NCBI GenBank assembly: GCA_033809295.1 | Contig: JAPXLY010000002.1 | Span: forward strand, 1-58,337 | Length of the DNA stretch: 58,337 bases | Direction of reading: 5' to 3' | Origin: Bacillota bacterium | GTDB lineage: Bacteria; Bacillota; SHA-98; UBA4971 | Part shown: piece after piece, positions 8,324-17,599 of the stretch | Layout of the letters: each line of letters opens with the position of its first letter | Numbering within the stretch: position 1 is the stretch's first letter | Translations under genes and position numbers: made by a program | Notes under the pieces: generated by a model | What the model was told of the DNA's origin: nothing | Database searches by the model: none | What the model saw: the letters and a program-made list of their open reading frames with translations, nothing else

Positions 8324-9858
8324 CCCTCAGTGCCAAGCAGGCCAATGGCCTTTCCGAGGCGCGCTTGGGCCAGATAGTAATCGAATGAGGCTTCAACTAC
8401 CCCGGACTCCGAAGAAGCCAGGGACTGGGCAGCGTCGATAACCTCAGTTGCCACGCCTGCGCCTTTTGCAAACCGGGCTTCTGTTATGCGGAAGGATTCT
8501 TCCGCCTCAAGAACCGCTTGCCCAGCGAGCTGCAGTCTGATGCGGGCTTGCTTCAAAACAGTCGAGGCTGCATATACATCTTCTACTATCGCTTGTTTTT
8601 GACGCTCTCTGGAAGCTTCCTGCATTTTGAGGCTCATCTCTGCCTGCGTGAGTTTCTCCTTTGCCGTTCCTCCGTCCCAGAGGGCAAACGATACGTTAAT
8701 GCCCACGGTGGACGTGGATTTCGGTGATAATCCTTTGTCAGGAGTCTTCTCAGTTGGCGTCTGGTTATCTAATGAGGCCTTCCAAGCGGCATCACCTGAT
8801 GCAAGGTCGAGGGAGGCGGACGCGGAAAAGGAAGTCGTGTCTTGATGTGAATAGTTTGCGAAAAGGTTTACAGAAGGCTTCATAGACCTCTTTGTGGTTT
8901 CCAGTGAGGCTTCCACCTTTAGATACGACAAATCGGCTTGCTTCATTTCAATACGGTTTTCTAAGGCTATTGCTATGAGTTCCTCAAGTTCGTATTCATC
9001 GTGTTCCATCCGAAATACTCCTGACACATCAAAGGAATCAGTGATCTGGAATTGAGTTTCAGGAGGCAACCCTAACATGATGGCTAAAGAACGCATTGCA
9101 CTGCGCGAATCATCTTCGGCTCTCTGTACACTGAATGCGGCTTGATCGAGCTGATTTTGTGCTTTCAAAAGATCTAGTTGAGTGGCCACACCTAAGGCTA
9201 ACTTTCTCTCTACCTCGCCGAGAAGGCGGGCAGCTTTCTCATGAGCGCCATCACTTAGGTTTTTCAACTGCTGCGCTTTGAGCACGTTGAGGTATGCCGC
9301 GATTGTATCCAGCACAACTTTCTGCCTGGTTTTGGCGAGGTCAAGTTCTGCTTCCTGTAAGCTGATCTCACTGAGCTCCACAGGCGAAAGCCCGACGCTG
9401 AACGGTTCCCGCATGACACCTGGCAGAGACTGACTCACGGTGACTGTCAGAGATGAACCACCCGCCAACGTATAAGTCGCTGTAGGCAAGGTGGTCAAAG
9501 TCCCATGGCCTGACCCTTGGAGGGAGATCTTCGGCTTCGTGTTTCCCCGGCTTTCTCTTAGTCTGGAACTTGTGAGTTCCAATGCTTGTTTGGTGGCTGC
9601 AATCTCAGGGTTTTGGAAAGCAGCGAGGTCAAGAGCGTCGGCAAGGGTCAGTGTGGGAATTTCAATGCCGTTGAATGCTTCGAGCGCATGTTGCCATGGG
9701 AAGGCCAGGATAAGCATGCCTAAAAGGACCAGGGCTCTGATGAGTGTCATGACCTGCGATCTGCACATCATTTGTGATCTACTCATGATTTGTGACCTAT
9801 TCGTAATTTCCGATTTGCTCATAATGTGATTCTTGCTCGCAACGTGTGGTTTCCTCAT
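8311..9858 (-). CDS. TolC-family outer-membrane efflux protein (paralog 1)
   Basis: Two OEP-type repeats (LTLADALDLAAFQNPEIAATKQALE..., VATQLDLLKAQNQLDQA, GVATEVIDAAQSLASSE). ATGA overlap with the stop of the upstream TolC gene supports the start at 9858. The true start could instead be the Met at MTLIRALVLLG just before the signal-like helix. Confidence 0.8.
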   Translation of the reverse strand: MRKPHVASKNHIMSKSEITNRSQIMSRSQMMCRSQVMTLIRALVLLGMLILAFPWQHALEAFNGIEIPTLTLADALDLAAFQNPEIAATKQALELTSSRLRESRGNTKPKISLQGSGHGTLTTLPTATYTLAGGSSLTVTVSQSLPGVMREPFSVGLSPVELSEISLQEAELDLAKTRQKVVLDTIAAYLNVLKAQQLKNLSDGAHEKAARLLGEVERKLALGVATQLDLLKAQNQLDQAAFSVQRAEDDSRSAMRSLAIMLGLPPETQFQITDSFDVSGVFRMEHDEYELEELIAIALENRIEMKQADLSYLKVEASLETTKRSMKPSVNLFANYSHQDTTSFSASASLDLASGDAAWKASLDNQTPTEKTPDKGLSPKSTSTVGINVSFALWDGGTAKEKLTQAEMSLKMQEASRERQKQAIVEDVYAASTVLKQARIRLQLAGQAVLEAEESFRITEARFAKGAGVATEVIDAAQSLASSESGVVEASFDYYLAQARLGKAIGLLGTEGWKK

Positions 9859-10994
9859 GGCGTAGGGACACCTCCGGTAAGGCCGGCCGTATCACCTATA
9901 GCGCGCTTAAACTGCGATCTTGTCATGTTATAGTCGTATATGGCCTGAACCGAATCTATCTGACTCTGAGTATACTGGTTTTGCGCAGACAGGACTTCCA
10001 CGTTCGTAGCCATGTCTGCTTCAAATAGAAGCTGGGTTATGCGAAGATTCTCCCGTGCTTCGTTGACTTTGGATTCGGTAAGCTCCACCTTGGCTTCTGC
10101 TTGCTTTAGCGCTACATAAGCCTGGCGGACTGCGAGAGCTATCTTGTTTTGCTGCTCTTTCAACTTGATCCTGGCATCTTCGGCTGCGAGTCTGGCGCGT
10201 TCATATGTAAGTCTCGGCGTAAAACTGTTGTCCGCCAGTTTCACATTCATATCAGCGATTTCCACTGCTGATTGCGCTTGAGAAATCTCAACCCGTTTGG
10301 CAAGCGCGAACTCTATTGAGGCGTCAAGACCCAGGTCTTCTGTCTTCTCATAGAAGAACTCATCGCGCAGAGAGAGAATTGTCTCCGGGGCGAATCCGAT
10401 AGCCTGATTCAGTGAGACCGTTGCAAGGTCCTTGCTGAGAAGGGCACTTGCCAAGCTGTTGCGGGCTGAAGCAGTCTGATTTTCGGCTCTCATGATGTCC
10501 AGCTTTGTGGCCATACCGACGCTTTCCTTAGCCAAAGCTATCTCAAATTGCCTTTCGGAAAGGTCAAGGGCCTGTCCGGAGATGGATACCAGGTGTTCTG
10601 CTCTAAGGAGCGAGTAGTACAACTGATCAGTGCCAAGGACTACGTCCTGCTTAGTTATCTCTAAGTTCTTCCTGGCGGACTCAAGGCTCATCCGAGATTG
10701 GTAAAGTGATGTAGGGGACGGTTTTGTGAGGCTTGTAGCTTCTGTTTGTTCCAATGCCAGCCTGGCGTCGAGCACGGCGTTTTCGGCCAGAAGCACGCTT
10801 GCACTGTGTTCCAGCGCCAAACTGCGACATTCCTCAAGGCTCACTTCCACTACTTGTGGCCCTGACTTCATGCCGCTTGCCGACGCGGAAGCCGGAAACA
10901 CTGCTACAATGGGAAATGCTGTCATGATTGACAGCACAAATGCCGTCATTATCCTGCGTAACCACAGAAAAGTCGGACGTTTCGGCGATGACAT
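9855..10994 (-). CDS. TolC-family outer-membrane efflux protein (paralog 2)
   Basis: OEP repeats (SLEECRSLALEHSASVLLAENAVLDARLALEQ, ATKLDIMRAENQTASARN, MATNVEVLSAQNQYTQSQ). Signal peptide ending ASASA. The start is set at ATG 10994, with GAAGGAGGG 10 nt upstream. Confidence 0.85.
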   Translation of the reverse strand: MSSPKRPTFLWLRRIMTAFVLSIMTAFPIVAVFPASASASGMKSGPQVVEVSLEECRSLALEHSASVLLAENAVLDARLALEQTEATSLTKPSPTSLYQSRMSLESARKNLEITKQDVVLGTDQLYYSLLRAEHLVSISGQALDLSERQFEIALAKESVGMATKLDIMRAENQTASARNSLASALLSKDLATVSLNQAIGFAPETILSLRDEFFYEKTEDLGLDASIEFALAKRVEISQAQSAVEIADMNVKLADNSFTPRLTYERARLAAEDARIKLKEQQNKIALAVRQAYVALKQAEAKVELTESKVNEARENLRITQLLFEADMATNVEVLSAQNQYTQSQIDSVQAIYDYNMTRSQFKRAIGDTAGLTGGVPTP

Positions 10995-11208
10995 CCTGAG
11001 GGATCCCTCCTTCTTCCAAAATGCAACACCCCTAATCAGCGTGGGCTTAATCGTGCGCAAATCTACCGGCGAAGATGTGCGCGGTTAGTCTCCTCGTTTT
11101 AGTCACACTGTTATATATTAACGAAAAGATTGTCAAGAACTTGTGTGGATCAAGTTAGCATTTTGTAAAGGTTTTGGAAGAACGGAAGATTCCGCAGACG
11201 GTTCTTGG

Positions 11209-13932
11209 CTAAAGCGCCACCTCCCGGATGTCGAATCTCTTGCCTGTGATGCCTTGGTACCTGTCTATGTGACAGGTAAGGATCACGATCTGCAGCGTCT
11301 CTGACGCAGTCTCGAGTAGGCGCAGGATCCGTTGCAGCCTGACAGAATCAGTGTTCACAAGAGGATCGTCCAGCACTACGAGCTGCCGTTCTACTTGCCC
11401 GAGTAGGCGTCCCAGCGCTAATCTGACGGACATCATGAGTTGTTCTTGCGTGCCTATGGAGAATTCTCCCGGAGCGCCAATGGTCTCAGAGTCTTCCTCA
11501 CCAACCCGAATACCTGCAAGCGACAGGTTGGATTCGAGTTCGATGGACCGCCCGGGGGAATCCGTGACTTGCCGAAATATCCTGGTCGCCTCGTCCCGGA
11601 TGGGTTCAGTCAGAGCATCAAGCAACTGCTTCTTCCGAGCATGACCCAGGTGGTGGAGAAGTCTTATTGCTTTTGCTTTCTTAAAGGCCAGTCCGTATTC
11701 TCTTCTGGCAATTTCCAGAGCTTCTTCACACTGGACTGCCTCAGTGTACAATCCACGATTACCGGCATCGTCCAATTTCCCTCTGAGGACAGCCCTCTTC
11801 TCACGAACCTCCGGTATCGTCACCGCGTCAAGTTTCTTTATTTCCCGGTCGAGTTTAGCGGCATCCCGCTCCAGTTCAGCAGCGTTTGTCGGGATCAGCT
11901 TTTCCAGGCGCGCCAACTCGTTCTCCTTTTGGGTTTTCTCTTTCTCTTTGTCTGCCAAAACCGATTTCAGTTTGTCTTCGTCATCGCCATAAGGTTCAAG
12001 GCGCCTCTTGAGCTCACCTGAGGAGGCCTCATTCGAAGCCCTGAGCATACCGGTTTCCTGATTCAGTTTGGTGACTTGTTTGGAGAGGTTTCGTTCAAGC
12101 TTATCCAGCTCAGATATTTCTTTGTCCAATTCAACTCGTTGCGTATTCAGGCTGTCGAGACCGCTTTTCAGGATGTCAACGTCAGGCGCTTCTGCCTTAG
12201 CCAGTTCTTCTTGGGCTATACCAAGCTTTCGGCACTGTTCTTGTAGAGCTTCTTCTTCCTTCTTGAGCCGGGATTCGAGAAGCCTCAGAGTATTCCCTGA
12301 GCCCAAGGTGGTTTTGAGATTCTCCCGCAAGGTGTTTAGGTGCGAGTTCTGTTTAAGGCTCCAGTCGTATCGCTCCTTAAGCTCAGATAGAGTGGCTACC
12401 CCATACCTGTCAAGGATTTCTTTGAGCGCTTCTTTTGCCTCCGCAATCTGCCGAAGGAGTTGCTTCACATCAGCAGAGCCTGACCTGATCTCAATTCGTC
12501 CGAGGCCACGGATGTCCAGGGCCATCCTGTCAGCAGATATCAGGGACAAGGGTTCGCCGGGGCGGATTGCGTAAGTCTTCTCTTCATCAGACGTGCTTGC
12601 GGCTATTTCCAAGTCTTTGTAGGCTGTAACATCTATTGTGAGGCCTTGCGCGCGCGCCTCAGCCTCTCTTGCGTCTATGCGGGACTTTGAAGTCTCAGCC
12701 GATTTCACATCTGCAACACCGGGACAAGGTTGTTTGCTTAGTTCTTTCTCGAGATCCCCGATTTTTGTCGTCAGTTCGTGGGCTGACTTGATCTGTGCTG
12801 TTAGGCTTGCCATGGACTCAAGACGGGTCTTGGCTTGTTGCAGCTCACTGGCATTCTGAAATTCCTGGTTGGTCTTCTTAATGTCCTTTTCCAGATCCTT
12901 CTCAGCACCACGACAGGAAGCGAGCTCCTTGGATGCCTTGTCAAGGTCAGCTTTCAGCGGTTCCAGGGCTTTTTCATTCAGCACAATCTTTGCTTCTGCA
13001 TTAGCTATGCCTTTCTTGAGTTCCTCAACTTGCCGACATTCGTTCTTTACTGTCTCCCACGCTTGGACAGTAGTTTTCAACTCAGCCTTCATTGTATTGC
13101 GCTGGGATTCGAGTTCCCGGATACGGTCAATTTGTGTTGCCAGGCTCTTTCTTTCCTGCTTTAGCTTAGCAGAGTCAGCTTCGAGCTGGGCGAGGCGGGA
13201 GTTCTGCAACTTAAGGTCAGCTTCTGCCTCGCGCATTGCTTCCAAGTCACGGACAACACTGTCCAGTCGATCCTCAGTAGCCTTAACTCTCTGCTCGGCA
13301 ATATTCACATCTGAATTCGCCTTTAGACTTCCTGTTTTCGGAGTGAAGAGGTCCGCATATTTCTTGCTAATTGAATCCAATAACTTGTCGTCTTTCTTGC
13401 TAAAGAGTGTAGCCCCCATCGCTTTGCGGAAATAGTCCTGTATGCCCGGCTCGGCAAGAGACAGGTTGCTGAAACGATCTGCGCCTTGCGGCATCCAAAG
13501 GAGGTGTGCCAGGCCCCATTGCGTGTTCTTGGACAACCCCCTTGCTGAAAACTCTGCCTGCATCATCCCGCGAACCTTATCATCAGATTTTTTCCCCTCG
13601 TCAAGACGTTGGTAGGAGCGGCCGTCCCATTCAGAGAGAACGCTCTTTGCATTGTCCAGGAAGCCTTTTTCCAAGCAATACAGCTTGCCCCCACTGGCAA
13701 ATTCAGCACGAATAACCGGGCTGAGAGAAGTCCCCCAAGGACGGAACACCTCTATGGCATCACCGGTCATATCATGGCGATTCAAGAATGCCAATGCCAA
13801 CCCCATGATGAGAGTCGATTTCCCGGACTCGTTCGGTCCGTGGATGATGTTTATGCCCTCACTGAAGTCCCTAAGTTCTATAGGGTTTCTAAAGCAGCGC
13901 AGCCCGGAAAGAGAAAGTGAGTGCAGAATCAT
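11209..13932 (-). CDS. SMC/SbcC-like AAA ATPase with long coiled coils (YhaN/SbcE-like)
   Basis: Walker A GPNESGKST at the N-terminus, ~650 aa of E/K/L-rich coiled coil, C-terminal signature-like FSIGTQEQL and Walker B LVVLDDP. ATGA overlap with the upstream phosphoesterase gene. Confidence 0.85.
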   Translation of the reverse strand: MILHSLSLSGLRCFRNPIELRDFSEGINIIHGPNESGKSTLIMGLALAFLNRHDMTGDAIEVFRPWGTSLSPVIRAEFASGGKLYCLEKGFLDNAKSVLSEWDGRSYQRLDEGKKSDDKVRGMMQAEFSARGLSKNTQWGLAHLLWMPQGADRFSNLSLAEPGIQDYFRKAMGATLFSKKDDKLLDSISKKYADLFTPKTGSLKANSDVNIAEQRVKATEDRLDSVVRDLEAMREAEADLKLQNSRLAQLEADSAKLKQERKSLATQIDRIRELESQRNTMKAELKTTVQAWETVKNECRQVEELKKGIANAEAKIVLNEKALEPLKADLDKASKELASCRGAEKDLEKDIKKTNQEFQNASELQQAKTRLESMASLTAQIKSAHELTTKIGDLEKELSKQPCPGVADVKSAETSKSRIDAREAEARAQGLTIDVTAYKDLEIAASTSDEEKTYAIRPGEPLSLISADRMALDIRGLGRIEIRSGSADVKQLLRQIAEAKEALKEILDRYGVATLSELKERYDWSLKQNSHLNTLRENLKTTLGSGNTLRLLESRLKKEEEALQEQCRKLGIAQEELAKAEAPDVDILKSGLDSLNTQRVELDKEISELDKLERNLSKQVTKLNQETGMLRASNEASSGELKRRLEPYGDDEDKLKSVLADKEKEKTQKENELARLEKLIPTNAAELERDAAKLDREIKKLDAVTIPEVREKRAVLRGKLDDAGNRGLYTEAVQCEEALEIARREYGLAFKKAKAIRLLHHLGHARKKQLLDALTEPIRDEATRIFRQVTDSPGRSIELESNLSLAGIRVGEEDSETIGAPGEFSIGTQEQLMMSVRLALGRLLGQVERQLVVLDDPLVNTDSVRLQRILRLLETASETLQIVILTCHIDRYQGITGKRFDIREVAL

Positions 13933-15170
13933 GACATCACCTCCTCAGCTATGGAGGCCAGTGTTCTGAGGGCTTCCTCTACATCCTCAGCTTCAATCTC
14001 CCACCGGTCGAGGCTATCTTGGAGTGCATCATCTATTGCTGACGAACCTGAACCTCTGGCGCTTATCAGGTCTTCAGGCAAATCCTCTATTGGGTGTCCC
14101 AGAGCGCAAGCGATGTCTGCCAGATCAGATATTATTGACTGCAAGAACGGATTACCGGCTGCAAGCTTCTGCAGCCTTCGCCCGACAGGACGTGTGACAA
14201 AGCGAGTTTTGTCCATTTCAACGTACAGCAAACATGCTCTGAGCCAGACCTCAAGATCCTCCAGCCACTTCAAATCGTCAGACTGGGCATGGCCTTTGAG
14301 CACCACGCGAAGCAGGGTTGCGGACGGGTCCTGCACCTTGCTTACTTCGTGTTTTATGCTGCTGACTACGTGGTCCGGGCCGCCGTCCACGCCAAGCTCA
14401 AGAGTCTGCCAAGAGAGAGCGCCTGTGTCGACTCTTTCGATGTCCGGCAATGATCCTGGGGCACGGATTGTAACATGGGCCAGAGCTGCACTGCTTTGGT
14501 CATCGAAGCCTGTCGGTTCATGGGTCCCCGGATATACGGTCCTCATGTCATTATGCACATAGAAAGAGTGCCAGTGCCCTAACGCGAGGTAATCAAGGTC
14601 GAGTCTTTTCGCGGCATCCAACGGTATGGGAAAATCATTCTCCTGGAACTTGCCTGGTATACGCAGTGAGCCGTGGGCTATTCCGATTACGATGGAATCC
14701 CCTTGCATCTCTTCAGGTATCTGAAACTGCTGAGTGGGGTCATCATACGACTCCTTGGACATAACCGGGGCAGGCAGGAGCACTACCCCCGGTACCGGCA
14801 CGACAGGCTCAGATGTCCGTAAGATATGTACGTTTTGGGGAAGGTAATCGGTGAATGCGGAACGGCTATAGATGGAATCAGCGGTCAGAGGGTCATGATT
14901 GCCCGGGAGGACATAAACGGGTATCGGAGAACATGCGGAAAGAGCGTCAGCCACGCGGTGAGCAGCTTCATTATCCACGAGGTTATTCTCAAAGAGGTCG
15001 CCTGCAATAAGCACAAAATCAACCTGCAGTTGGGAAGCCATGCGCATGAGCTGCCTTGCCGTGTCGATGCGGGCCTTGCGGACATGTGGCGCCACATCCG
15101 CCACGCGACTCGCCTTCATCCCAATTTGCCAATCTGCGGTGTGGAGAAAAGACACCAATGCTATCACCAT
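13929..15170 (-). CDS. metallophosphoesterase, SbcD/Mre11-like nuclease (YhaO/SbcF-like)
   Basis: Calcineurin-like motifs LHTADWQIG, GDLFE, GNHD, GHWH. The start is uncertain: ATG 15170 sits just before the LHTADW motif, and the ORF is open up to 15248. Confidence 0.8.
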   Translation of the reverse strand: MVIALVSFLHTADWQIGMKASRVADVAPHVRKARIDTARQLMRMASQLQVDFVLIAGDLFENNLVDNEAAHRVADALSACSPIPVYVLPGNHDPLTADSIYSRSAFTDYLPQNVHILRTSEPVVPVPGVVLLPAPVMSKESYDDPTQQFQIPEEMQGDSIVIGIAHGSLRIPGKFQENDFPIPLDAAKRLDLDYLALGHWHSFYVHNDMRTVYPGTHEPTGFDDQSSAALAHVTIRAPGSLPDIERVDTGALSWQTLELGVDGGPDHVVSSIKHEVSKVQDPSATLLRVVLKGHAQSDDLKWLEDLEVWLRACLLYVEMDKTRFVTRPVGRRLQKLAAGNPFLQSIISDLADIACALGHPIEDLPEDLISARGSGSSAIDDALQDSLDRWEIEAEDVEEALRTLASIAEEVMS

Positions 15171-15546
15171 CCTAAGTAAATCACCATAAGTGATCACCGG
15201 TTCCAGAAAGTGTACGTACCGTGCGGGGCCACCCAAAACCTCAGACAACGAGCGAAAACTGATGAACTCATACTTGGTTTCACAGGCACTCTTAGCCCAG
15301 GCTTAGTAATGGAAAGCTTAACTTACTGGAATTACATTCTCTATTGGCATTCATATTCCTTCAGTTTCCAACAATGGGGCTTATGCTCAACAAAGCTGCA
15401 CGGCGGCTTCCTTCGTGTCTGATAGTATTGGACTGTCTTGGGAATACTCTTAGAAGATCCAGTTCCTCTGCCATAGAGTGGTAAGCGGCGGAAATGGATC
15501 AGGTACCGAAAACAGGATCAAGCGAAACGAAAGAGAGGCACCAGTA

Positions 15547-15813
15547 ATGACGTTGAAGAGTCTATATGTAGGGAATCTGCCCTACCATGCTACTGAGGAA
15601 GATGTCCGCAGTCTATTCGCAGACTATAGTCCGGCAGGTGTCCGGGTCATTCCCGACAAAGGTTTTGGTTTCGTGGAGGTAGCCGAGGACGCAGCCGACG
15701 ATGCCATTGCCGCATTGAACGGAGTCGATTTCCAGGGAAGAAGCCTGACTGTAAACGAGGCTCGTCCACGGCCGGAGCGGACAGGTGAAGGCGGTCATCA
15801 TCACAGACGGTAA
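15547..15813 (+). CDS. RRM-type RNA-binding protein
   Basis: RNP2 LYVGNL and RNP1 KGFGFVEV motifs, with a short basic/His tail. AGAGAGG lies upstream of ATG 15547. Confidence 0.9.
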   Translation: MTLKSLYVGNLPYHATEEDVRSLFADYSPAGVRVIPDKGFGFVEVAEDAADDAIAALNGVDFQGRSLTVNEARPRPERTGEGGHHHRR

Positions 15814-16043
15814 GTAGCAGGAAAATTCAGTCTTGACGATTGCATCGGGACATGTAGGACTATTTTGCCGATAAAGAGGCCTGCCCGTGTATTATCTCGT
15901 GGCCGGGCCTCCTGTCTTTCTATGCCTTCTTCAGTAACAGAATGTCTTTTATACTTCTGTGTTGATGTCTATTCATACAAGGATTAGAATAGTTGTGAAC
16001 ATATGACGAATACCAGACTGCCTTGACTGTGGAGGTGAAAGCA

Positions 16044-16898
16044 ATGGCAAGCCATGACACCGCTACTGAGACTAAGGTGACTGTCCTGGTTGACAACTTG
16101 GTACGGAGGCAGAAGCTTTGGGGAGAGCATGGGATGTCCCTGCTGGTTGAGGCCGGAGGACGGAGAATACTCTTTGACACCGGACAGTCCGGCGAATTAC
16201 TTGTTCATAACTCAACCGAGCTTGGACTGAACCTCAAAGACATAGACCTTGTAGTGTTGAGCCATGGACACTACGACCATACAGGAGGCCTGCCTTCTCT
16301 GTTGAATGAGGTAAAACATGTTAACCTGTATGCGCATCCGGAAGTGTTTGAGAAGAAGTACGTTAAGAGTGAAGATAATGAGGTTAGGGAAGTGGGGTCT
16401 CCTCTAACGAAGGAGGCGCTGCTTGCCCAAGGAACTAAGCTTCATCTCGATGATGAACCGGTTTGGTTGGAAGACGGCATAGTCGTGTCAGGCGAAATCC
16501 CACGAACCAATGATTTTGAGGACATATCACAAGAGTTTCTCATCAGGCGGGATGGGGATTGGGCGACTGACCTCCTTCCTGATGACAGGTCAATGGGTAT
16601 CAGGACTTCTAAGGGCCTTATCATCATTTTGGGCTGCAGCCATGTCGGGGCAATCAATACCATACAGCATATTCAGGAGTTGACTGAAACCAGAGCGGTG
16701 TATGCCGTAATTGGTGGTATGCACTTAGATAAAGCCGGTGTGAGACGGATTCACCGTACCGTAGAGGTATTCACTGAACTTGGTGTAGAGAAAGTGATCC
16801 CTCTTCACTGTACCGGGTTTCGCGCTTGTGCCGAAATCGCTCGCTTGCTTGGGGAGAAATTCATGCTAGGAAGCGTTGGCTTCTCGTTTGAAGTCTAG
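16044..16898 (+). CDS. MBL-fold metallo-hydrolase
   Basis: HxHxDH motif as SHGHYDHTGG, plus later GCSH and HC(T)G ligand-like positions. GGAGGTG lies 6 nt before ATG 16044. Confidence 0.85.
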   Translation: MASHDTATETKVTVLVDNLVRRQKLWGEHGMSLLVEAGGRRILFDTGQSGELLVHNSTELGLNLKDIDLVVLSHGHYDHTGGLPSLLNEVKHVNLYAHPEVFEKKYVKSEDNEVREVGSPLTKEALLAQGTKLHLDDEPVWLEDGIVVSGEIPRTNDFEDISQEFLIRRDGDWATDLLPDDRSMGIRTSKGLIIILGCSHVGAINTIQHIQELTETRAVYAVIGGMHLDKAGVRRIHRTVEVFTELGVEKVIPLHCTGFRACAEIARLLGEKFMLGSVGFSFEV

Positions 16899-16995
16899 GA
16901 TCCAAATCTTTAGGATCCGAATAGCCGTTTATCTCTTCTTCATATATGATCAAGCAACTCATGTCAGAGGGTTGGAAAGAAGGATGATCTGAAGC

Positions 16996-17394
16996 ATGTT
17001 CTACAATGAGAAAGCCCTTGAGCATTTCTTTGATCCAAAAAACATCGGTGAGATTGAGGATGCGGACGGAATCGGAACAATCGGGGATCCCGAGTGCGGA
17101 GATTGCATAAAGGTGTACATTAAAGTCAAGGACAGGCGGATTGATGACGTCAAGTTCAAGGTTTACGGATGTCCTGCAGCTATCGGAACCGGTAGCATAA
17201 CTACTGAGCTCGCCAAAGGTAAGCCCATTGAAGAAGCTTATCAAATTGGCGAAGAGGATGTTATCCGTGCTCTAGGCGGTCTCCCGGATCAGAAGATCCA
17301 CTGTTCTGTTTTGTGTCCTGCTGCGCTCAGACTGGCTATCCTCGACTACATTCGAAAACTCAAGGCGCAGAAGCTTGAGGCGAAGCAAGCTTGA
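16996..17394 (+). CDS. NifU/IscU-type Fe-S cluster scaffold (N-terminal domain type)
   Basis: Three conserved Cys contexts: GDPECGDCI, YGCPAAIGTGS, KIHCSVL. Confidence 0.9.
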   Translation: MFYNEKALEHFFDPKNIGEIEDADGIGTIGDPECGDCIKVYIKVKDRRIDDVKFKVYGCPAAIGTGSITTELAKGKPIEEAYQIGEEDVIRALGGLPDQKIHCSVLCPAALRLAILDYIRKLKAQKLEAKQA

Positions 17395-17421
17395 GCGCAA
17401 ATGCCCAGGCAATCAATGACT

Positions 17422-17465
17422 AGGCCCGACGCTTGTTTCGCAAGCCGTCGGGCCTCTTTTGTTTG
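17422..17465. terminator. bidirectional stem-loop terminator between convergent nifU-like and LysM genes
   Basis: AGGCCCGACGCTTG / CAAGCCGTCGGGCCT stem (one bulge), followed by CTTTTGTTTG. Confidence 0.6.
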
Positions 17466-17599
17466 CTCATGCGGGACCGCGCTGAGATCAGGACGGATCC
17501 CGTGCATATTCCGTTATTCGCACGTCATGTCGCGTGCCACATTGTGGTCAAGACACCGCTTCGCCGGTTATGCCGTCGCTTTGCCCGCCAAAACACCGC

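Noticed and set aside
6711-8441. + strand ORFs opposite the HlyD gene (6711..7370, 7482..7799, 7763..8173, 7986..8441)
   Set aside because: They are antisense to a well-supported adaptor gene, with low-complexity translations and no RBS.
11351-13435. Several + strand ORFs (for example 12068..12574, 12869..13435) inside the yhaN-like gene
   Set aside because: These are shadow ORFs opposite an E/K/L-rich coiled-coil gene. The translations are S/R/F-rich low complexity with no motifs.
11209-15170. The ATPase plus phosphoesterase pair as a novel anti-phage defence module
   Set aside because: The motifs, sizes, gene order and overlap match the housekeeping YhaO/YhaN (SbcEF) type of SbcCD-like repair nucleases of Firmicutes. 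There are no accessory defence genes nearby.
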